A stretch of 64,000 bases of DNA from Bacilli bacterium. GTDB taxonomy: Bacteria > Bacillota_I > Bacilli_A > RF39 > UBA660. The notes beneath the pieces were generated by a model, which searched no databases, was not told the DNA's origin, and saw only the letters and a program-made list of their open reading frames with translations. Location: NCBI GenBank assembly GCA_017433415.1, contig JAFRHI010000023.1:80520-144519 (forward strand), in the 5' to 3' direction. Shown piece by piece: positions 58,559 to 64,000 of this stretch. Positions within the stretch are counted from its first letter, which is position 1; each line of letters begins with the position of its first letter. A program made the translations under genes and the position numbers.

Positions 58559-59737
58559 ATGAGTAAAAAGGAAAAAGAGTTAGAGGTTACTAATCAAGAT
58601 GAAAAAGTAGAAGAAGTACTTGAAGATATTAAACAAGAAAAATTAGCTGAAACTAAGCATGAGGAAAAAGTAGAAAAAGAAAATAAAGTAGAAGAAGTAG
58701 TTAATAATCCAAAAGTAAAAGATAGAAAATTGTATTTTGGATTTGAAGCTAGGATTATTTGCTTTGCAGTTTGTAGTGTACTTTTCTTTGGAATAGCTTG
58801 TTTCTTCTTTTTAAAAACTATTAATTTTGGTAAAGGTGAAATAGTTTATTATGATGAAGTAGCTAGTGCTAAATATAATGTTTGTCTAAAGGATAATAAT
58901 TATTATGATAAATCTTGTTTAGGTGAAGAGATGCAGTATGCTTCCGCTTTGGTTGATAGTGTTGTTACTTCATTCAATTATGATGTTAATTTTTCTACAG
59001 ATATAAGTTATGATTTGTCATATCATGTTGTTGGTGTTACTAAGATATATGATGCTAGTGACAGAAGTAAGATTTTATATCAGAATGAAGATTTATTAGT
59101 TGAAAAAACAAAAGTTGCGGATTATAATAAATGGATAAAGTTTCAAACCAATGTTTCGGTTGATTTTAATAAGTATAATGCTTCTGTTTTAGAATATAAG
59201 AATAATTATGCTAGTAATTCTATGGCTGTTTTTGATATTGTGTTATATCTTAATGAGCCAACTGAGACTAGACAGATAGCTTCTGTTTCAATACCATTAG
59301 GTGGAGAAACATTTGGAATTACTAAAGAAGCAATTTCTAATAAGAATAGAGCTGTTGAAATAGATGATGATTCTTGGAATGATACTAGTACTATTTATGC
59401 GATAATTGCTTGTATATTTTTAATAACATCGTTGATATTCTTATATAGACTTACATATCTTATCTTTAAAGTAGCAACTAACAAGAGTAAATATGAAACT
59501 AAATTGAAGCATTTGTTGAATGCACATAATGATGTTGTTGTCGTTGCTAAAGAAGGATATAGTAGTAGTGATTTTACTAAGATCATTAAAGTTGATAATT
59601 TTGATGAGTTACTAAAAGTTAGGGAAACTCTTGATAAGCCAATTGTTTTTTCTAAAGTTAATGATGTTAAGAGTGAATTTGTTGTAGAAGAGGGAGAAAC
59701 TCTTTATAAATATGTATTTAAAGAAGCAGATTTATAA
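58559..59737 (+). CDS. Hypothetical two-TM membrane protein with a large extracytoplasmic domain
   Basis: 392 aa with an acidic N-terminus. TMs are 'IICFAVCSVLFFGIACFFFL' and 'IYAIIACIFLITSLIFLY'. It has its own extended -10 TGCTATAAT. Confidence 0.5.
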   Translation: MSKKEKELEVTNQDEKVEEVLEDIKQEKLAETKHEEKVEKENKVEEVVNNPKVKDRKLYFGFEARIICFAVCSVLFFGIACFFFLKTINFGKGEIVYYDEVASAKYNVCLKDNNYYDKSCLGEEMQYASALVDSVVTSFNYDVNFSTDISYDLSYHVVGVTKIYDASDRSKILYQNEDLLVEKTKVADYNKWIKFQTNVSVDFNKYNASVLEYKNNYASNSMAVFDIVLYLNEPTETRQIASVSIPLGGETFGITKEAISNKNRAVEIDDDSWNDTSTIYAIIACIFLITSLIFLYRLTYLIFKVATNKSKYETKLKHLLNAHNDVVVVAKEGYSSSDFTKIIKVDNFDELLKVRETLDKPIVFSKVNDVKSEFVVEEGETLYKYVFKEADL

Positions 59738-59751
59738 TAAGGAGGAATAAT

Positions 59752-59868
59752 ATGAGTAATAAGAATTATAGAAATGTGGTTTTTATGATATTGTTGCTAT
59801 TCGTTTTAACAGCGGTTTGTATTTATGGAATATTCTATGATATTCCTCTTTATATGGATATGCCTTAA
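59752..59868 (+). CDS. Unannotated 38-aa single-TM peptide MSNKNYRNVVFMILLLFVLTAVCIYGIFYDIPLYMDMP
   Basis: AAGGAGGA (59739-59746) lies 5 nt before the ATG and directly after the upstream stop. It is followed by the terminator AAAAGAAGA-TTT-TCTTCTTTT (59867-59890). Confidence 0.5.
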   Translation: MSNKNYRNVVFMILLLFVLTAVCIYGIFYDIPLYMDMP

Positions 59869-59891
59869 AAGAAGATTTTCTTCTTTTTTTC

Positions 59892-59999
59892 TTGCTTTTT
59901 TTGAGTAATGTGGTATAATTTAATTCGTCTAGTGGAATGATCCGCTGTTTGTATTTAATATGATCATTTGAAAAAATATATATAGAGAGGAGACTTAGA
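59892..59999 (+). promoter_or_regulatory. Promoter and structured leader of rplS (possible L19 leader)
   Basis: TTGCTT (59892-59897), 16 nt, TGGTATAAT (extended -10, TATAAT at 59914-59919). An ~80-nt leader precedes GAGAGGAG and the ATG. Its position matches the Firmicute L19 leader, but I have not verified the fold. Confidence 0.45.
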
Positions 60000-60344
60000 A
60001 TGAATATAATAGACAAAATCAATGAAAAACAAATTAATCCTAACGTTCCTGAATTTAGAGTAGGAGATACTGTTAGAGTAGATGTTAAGATTATTGAAGG
60101 TAAAAGAGAACGTATTCAAGCTTTTGAAGGTTTAGTTGTTGCTCGTCGTGGTAGTAGCGTGAGTGAAACTTTTACTGTTCGTAAAATGTCTAGTGGTGTT
60201 GGAGTTGAGAGAACTTTCCCAATTCATTCACCAAAAGTTGCAGGTATCACAGTTGTACGTAAAGGTAAGGTTAGACGTGCTAAACTTACATTCCTTAAAG
60301 GTAGAGTTGGCGGATACCGTATTAAAGAAAGAGGACAACAATAA
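60000..60344 (+). CDS. rplS: 50S ribosomal protein L19
   Basis: '[35 protein letters not shown].....[20 protein letters not shown]'. Confidence 0.93.
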   Translation: MNIIDKINEKQINPNVPEFRVGDTVRVDVKIIEGKRERIQAFEGLVVARRGSSVSETFTVRKMSSGVGVERTFPIHSPKVAGITVVRKGKVRRAKLTFLKGRVGGYRIKERGQQ

Positions 60345-60345
60345 T

Positions 60346-60366
60346 AAGGCCAAGCCTTATTTTTTG
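60346..60366 (+). terminator. Hairpin with T-run after rplS
   Basis: TAAGGC-CAA-GCCTTA followed by TTTTT. Confidence 0.6.
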
Positions 60367-60379
60367 TTAGGTAATGGTT

Positions 60380-60892
60380 ATGGGTGATATTAAGAAAGAC
60401 AAAAGAAAGGCAATAATAAAAGAATACCTTTCTTATGTAGTAATAATTATTTTAGTTATATTATTCAAACGTTTTGTTTTTTCACCAATTAAAGTTAATG
60501 GTGATAGTATGATGAATACTTTGCATGATGGAGATATAATGATTTTAAATGTTATTGGTTATAATACTTCTTCAGCGAAACGTTTTGATATTGTGGTTAT
60601 TAAAGAGAACAAAGAATATATTATTAAAAGAGTAATTGGTCTTCCAGGAGAAACAGTTGAATATAAGGATAATCAATTATATATTAATGGTAAGAAGATG
60701 AAAGATGGTTATGGAATTGGTAAGACTAATGATTTTACTGTTAAGGTTCCTGAGGGTAAATTTTTTGTTTTAGGTGATAATAGAGAAAACTCTATGGATA
60801 GTAGATTTTTTGGTTCTTTTAAGAAAAAAGAAATATTAGGTAAAACAAAATTAATTATATTTCCATTTAGTAGATTTGGTACTAAAGAATAG
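60380..60892 (+). CDS. lepB: Signal peptidase I
   Basis: 'VNGDSMMNTL' (catalytic Ser), 'IKRVIGLPGETV' (catalytic Lys box) and 'GDNRENSMDSR'. An alternative ATG lies at 60374. Confidence 0.9.
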   Translation: MGDIKKDKRKAIIKEYLSYVVIIILVILFKRFVFSPIKVNGDSMMNTLHDGDIMILNVIGYNTSSAKRFDIVVIKENKEYIIKRVIGLPGETVEYKDNQLYINGKKMKDGYGIGKTNDFTVKVPEGKFFVLGDNRENSMDSRFFGSFKKKEILGKTKLIIFPFSRFGTKE

Positions 60893-60919
60893 TTGAGTAT
60901 GCTCAACTATTTTATTTTT
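60891..60919 (+). terminator. Rho-independent terminator after lepB
   Basis: AGTTGAG-TATG-CTCAACT followed by ATTTTATTTTT. Confidence 0.7.
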
Positions 60920-60983
60920 AAATATTTCCATATTAAGTGGAAATATTTTTTTTAATCTTGTATAATTATAATTGGTGAATAAT

Positions 60984-61760
60984 ATGAATAATAGAATACT
61001 TTTTATGTTAATTAATGGCGAGATGAAGTATTTGCAGAAAAATGATGGTGATCATCGGGAATGGTATCTTTCTTTAGGAGGTGATCCCAATAACTTTGAA
61101 AATATTGTTAGAGGATTTATTTTGGACGGAAAAATAGTTTTTTATAAGGGAATTAACTTTAATTATGATGATGAAGTTATTAGGACTGCTCAAGAATATG
61201 CTCCAAGTATGAGATTAGTATTAGGAGATCCAACTCTGGAAGTATGGTGTGGTGTTGTTATAGAAGGATATAATGCTAAATGGGAGCCAATTTTAAGGAT
61301 TAATGATGAGGAACTTACTGGTTTTTCTAAGGAAAAAAAGGAAGAAGTAAAAAAAGAAAAAGAGCAAATTGAAACTGGACCATTAGTGGAATTTAAAAAT
61401 GATTATAATGATGATAAAGTTATTCAATTAGCTGTAAAAGTTACGGGTATTGTTTTAGCTTTAGCTGTTCTTTCGAAAATAGCATTAATTACTAGAGGGG
61501 CATTATACTTAAATACTTTTGGTGGGTTTATATTGTTTTTTGGACAAATTGGTTTACTTGTATATGCTATTTATGGTTATAAAAAGAAATTAAGTTATAC
61601 TAAATATATCAGTATAGCGGCGTGTTTTTTACTGGTTATGACCTTAAGTTTATTTGATATAATTTTAGCTATTATTTATTTTTTGTTTAGTGTTGATCAA
61701 AGTATTGTTTTAAAAGCTTATGAAAATATTAAAGAACAAATAGAAAAAATGAAGAAGTAA
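60984..61760 (+). CDS. Hypothetical protein with a soluble N-terminal domain and 3-4 C-terminal TM helices
   Basis: 258-aa ORF starting at the ATG at 60984 (GGTGA upstream). No recognised motif. Confidence 0.45.
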   Translation: MNNRILFMLINGEMKYLQKNDGDHREWYLSLGGDPNNFENIVRGFILDGKIVFYKGINFNYDDEVIRTAQEYAPSMRLVLGDPTLEVWCGVVIEGYNAKWEPILRINDEELTGFSKEKKEEVKKEKEQIETGPLVEFKNDYNDDKVIQLAVKVTGIVLALAVLSKIALITRGALYLNTFGGFILFFGQIGLLVYAIYGYKKKLSYTKYISIAACFLLVMTLSLFDIILAIIYFLFSVDQSIVLKAYENIKEQIEKMKK

Positions 61761-61776
61761 TAAAAGGAGAGATAAA

Positions 61777-62622
61777 ATGTATAAGGTATTAAAAAATAAA
61801 AAGATTAGTTCAGGTTCTTATGAAATGATTATTGAAGCACCAATGGTTGTTAAAAATGTTATGCCTGGACAATTTGTTTTGGTTATGGCTAAAGAAGATA
61901 GTGAGCGAATTCCATTATCAATTTATGATTATGATAAAGAAAAAGGAACTTTATATGTGATTTATCAAGTTGTTGGTGCATCAACTGAAGAATTGAGTTT
62001 AGTTAAAGATGAAATATTTGGTGTTGTTGGTCCACTTGGTAAACCTAATGAGATTTGTGCTAATATTGATGATTTTAAGGACAAGAAGGTTATTTATGTA
62101 GCTGGTGGTGTTGGGATTGCGCCGGTTTACCCTCAAATTAAGTATTTACATGAACATGGATTAGATGCTGATGTAATTTGTGGGGCACGTAGTGCTGATT
62201 TGTTACTTATTCGTAATAAGGTAGAAAAAGTTGTTAATAAAATTAGTTATGCTACTGATGATGGATCATTTGGTACTAAGGGCTTTGTTACAGATTTACT
62301 TGATAAGGTTTGTGATAAATATGATATATGTGTAACTATTGGACCAATGATCATGATGAAAAATGTTTGTGATGTGACTAAAAAACATGGAGTTAAAACT
62401 ATTGTTAGTATGAATCCATTAATGGTTGATGGTAGTGGAATGTGTGGAGCTTGTCGATGTGAGGTTGATGGAAAGCCAAAATTTGCTTGCGTTGATGGTC
62501 CGGAATTTGATGGCCATAAGATTGATTTTTCTTTAGCAATGAAAAGAATGAATACTTATAAAGAAGAAGAAAAAATTAAATGGGAGCAAATGAAAAAGAA
62601 ATTTGCTGAAGAAGATAAATAG
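61777..62622 (+). CDS. PyrK-like FAD/[2Fe-2S] oxidoreductase subunit (NfnA / sulfide dehydrogenase SudB-like)
   Basis: FNR-like fold ('RIPLSI', 'GPLGKP', 'YVAGGVGIAP') and the C-terminal cluster 'DGSGMCGACRCEVDGKPKFACVDGPEFDG'. Confidence 0.8.
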   Translation: MYKVLKNKKISSGSYEMIIEAPMVVKNVMPGQFVLVMAKEDSERIPLSIYDYDKEKGTLYVIYQVVGASTEELSLVKDEIFGVVGPLGKPNEICANIDDFKDKKVIYVAGGVGIAPVYPQIKYLHEHGLDADVICGARSADLLLIRNKVEKVVNKISYATDDGSFGTKGFVTDLLDKVCDKYDICVTIGPMIMMKNVCDVTKKHGVKTIVSMNPLMVDGSGMCGACRCEVDGKPKFACVDGPEFDGHKIDFSLAMKRMNTYKEEEKIKWEQMKKKFAEEDK

Positions 62623-62633
62623 GAGGTTATGGT

Positions 62634-63992
62634 ATGGATGATAAAAAAGTATTAGGTAGAAGACAAGATTCTAAAGAAAGAGCTACTAATTTTTTTGAAG
62701 TAGAACTAGGATATAATGATGAAGAAGCTTTAAAAGAAGCAAATCGCTGTTTACAATGTAATAACCCTCGTTGTGTTAAAGGTTGTCCTGTTAATATAAT
62801 GATTCCAGAGTTTATTAAATGCATAAAAGAAGGTAATTTAAAAGAGGCTTATGAAGTAATTAGTAAAGCATCGGCACTACCTGCTATTTGTGGTAGAGTT
62901 TGTCCACAGGAAAAGCAGTGTGAGGCAATGTGTATTAAGGGCTTAAAAGGAGATGCGATTTCCATTGGTGCACTAGAAAGATATGTTGCGGACAATGCTT
63001 TAAAGAATAATTATAGTGTTGGAGATGTTCTTAAGAAGAATGGTAAGAAGGTTGCTATTGTTGGAAGTGGTCCAGCTGGTTTAACTTGTGCTGGTGAACT
63101 TGCCAAAAATGGTTTTGATGTTACTGTTTTTGAAGTTTTACATAAAGCAGGTGGAGTTTTAACTTATGGAATTCCTGAATTTAGACTTCCTAAAAAAATA
63201 GTTGAACAAGAAGTTGAAAAGTTGGAAAAATTAGGAGTAGATATAAAAACAGATGTGCCAGTTGGTAATGCGATTACTTTAGATGAGTTAAGTCGTGAAT
63301 ATGATGCTGTTTTTATAGGTTCTGGTGCAGGACTTCCTAAATTTATGGGAATTGAAGGAGAAAATGCTAATGGTGTATTTTCGGCTAATGAAGTGTTAAC
63401 GCGTATTAATTTAATGGGTGCTTATAAAGATGATAGTAAAACACCAATAAAGAAAGCTAAAAAAGCTTATGTTATTGGTGGTGGTAATGTTGCGATGGAT
63501 GCGGTTAGATCTTTAAAAAGATTAGGAATAGATGCTCATATTATGTATCGACGTGGAGAAGAGGAATTACCTGCAAGGCATATGGAAGTGGAACATGCTA
63601 AAGAGGAAGGTATTGTTTTTGATCTTTTACAAAATCCAAAGAAAATATTAGTAGATGAAGATAATAATGTTACTGGTATGGAAGTTGTTAATATGGTTTT
63701 GGGTGAAGAAGGAGAAGACGGTAGACGTAGTGTTAGTGAAGATGAAAAGAGTGTTCATACAGTTGAATGTGATATGGTTGTTATGGCTCTTGGTACTAGT
63801 CCAAATCATAGTGCTTTAAAAGATAGTGATATTAATTTATCTGATCGAGGTTTAATCGTTGTAGAGGATACAAAAACATCACTTGATAATGTCTATGCTG
63901 GAGGAGATGCAGTAACAGGTGCCGCAACAGTTATACTAGCTATGGAAGCTGGCAAAAAGGGTGCTAGACAGATAATTAATGATTTAATATAA
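62634..63992 (+). CDS. NADPH-dependent glutamate synthase small-chain-like oxidoreductase (NfnB / GltD family)
   Basis: The N-terminal 2x[4Fe-4S] region is 'CLQCNNPRCVKGCPV...CGRVCPQEKQCEAMC'. There are two dinucleotide folds ('VAIVGSGPAGLTCA', 'YVIGGGNVAMDA') and 'VYAGGDAVTGAATVILAM'. Confidence 0.85.
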   Translation: MDDKKVLGRRQDSKERATNFFEVELGYNDEEALKEANRCLQCNNPRCVKGCPVNIMIPEFIKCIKEGNLKEAYEVISKASALPAICGRVCPQEKQCEAMCIKGLKGDAISIGALERYVADNALKNNYSVGDVLKKNGKKVAIVGSGPAGLTCAGELAKNGFDVTVFEVLHKAGGVLTYGIPEFRLPKKIVEQEVEKLEKLGVDIKTDVPVGNAITLDELSREYDAVFIGSGAGLPKFMGIEGENANGVFSANEVLTRINLMGAYKDDSKTPIKKAKKAYVIGGGNVAMDAVRSLKRLGIDAHIMYRRGEEELPARHMEVEHAKEEGIVFDLLQNPKKILVDEDNNVTGMEVVNMVLGEEGEDGRRSVSEDEKSVHTVECDMVVMALGTSPNHSALKDSDINLSDRGLIVVEDTKTSLDNVYAGGDAVTGAATVILAMEAGKKGARQIINDLI

Positions 63993-64000
63993 TAAGAGTC

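Noticed and set aside
59783-60022. 79-aa minus-strand ORF overlapping the rplS start
   Set aside because: It overlaps a plus-strand terminator, the rplS promoter and leader, and a well-supported 38-aa plus-strand ORF. It has no SD.
3609-62824. Other short track ORFs nested antisense or out of frame inside long genes: 2448-2636, 3609-3827, 4268-4465, 4908-5102, 6150-6347, 8373-8555, 12508-12702, 23281-23487, 25280-25468, 25852-26052, 29355-29639, 32227-32466, 34977-35225, 36217-36522, 47109-47291, 52376-52588, 53859-54131, 54621-54842, 54694-54891, 55614-55808, 56694-56876, 57934-58206, 59395-59586, 60163-60387, 60709-60906, 62627-62824
   Set aside because: Each is fully or largely contained in a longer ORF with clear family motifs or a better RBS. 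Their translations are low-complexity, and none has a convincing SD.

Overview
This is a 64-kb chromosomal segment of a visibly AT-rich (about 70% A+T by eye) Bacillota genome. It uses the standard genetic code: TGG encodes Trp and TGA serves as a stop. Sporulation-associated genes (sspI behind a forespore-type promoter, a YetF/DUF421 protein, a possible CotS/YutH-like fragment) suggest an endospore-forming lineage. No rRNA, CRISPR array, transposase, integrase or phage gene is visible.

Almost everything is on the + strand, and the backbone is core translation machinery:
- a 12-gene tRNA array
- archaeal-type proS
- glyQS behind a very compact T-box
- infC-rpmI-rplT behind an L20-leader attenuator
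- rpsB-tsf and frr
- a T-box-controlled HAD-pheS-pheT operon
- rimM-trmD and rplS
- lepB and nfnAB-like genes

Accessory blocks sit between these:
- a five-gene operon of anchored or secreted proteins of unknown function (5.5-9.7 kb)
- a vWA / Listeria-Bacteroides-repeat surface-protein pair (14.0-19.0 kb)
- an ABC exporter plus a SPASM-less radical SAM gene (19.0-21.6 kb)
- a 1554-aa protein of unknown function, translationally coupled to a degenerate ProA-like protein (38.5-44.2 kb)
- three stand-alone type IV pilin genes
- a membrane-anchored serpin

The most interesting observations:
- **Type I toxin-antitoxin-like modules (21561-22224):** two tandem modules of about 310 bp are absent from the ORF track. 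Each has a promoter, a leader with an anti-SD segment, a 30-aa Lys-capped hydrophobic peptide ORF, a minus-strand terminator inside the ORF 3' end, and direct repeats shared by the 5' leader and 3' region.
- **Ribosomal protein extensions:** L20 and S2 both carry long K/E-rich C-terminal extensions ending in a Rho_N/HeH-like motif.
- **T-box topology:** in both T-box leaders the U-tract directly follows a helix that contains the antiterminator, rather than a separate three-strand switch.
- **Giant protein pair:** the 1554-aa protein and its ProA-like partner.
- **Unannotated ORF (49415-49663, minus strand):** an 82-codon frame with a good SD but no canonical start codon.

All family calls come from motif recognition by eye; no database search was run.
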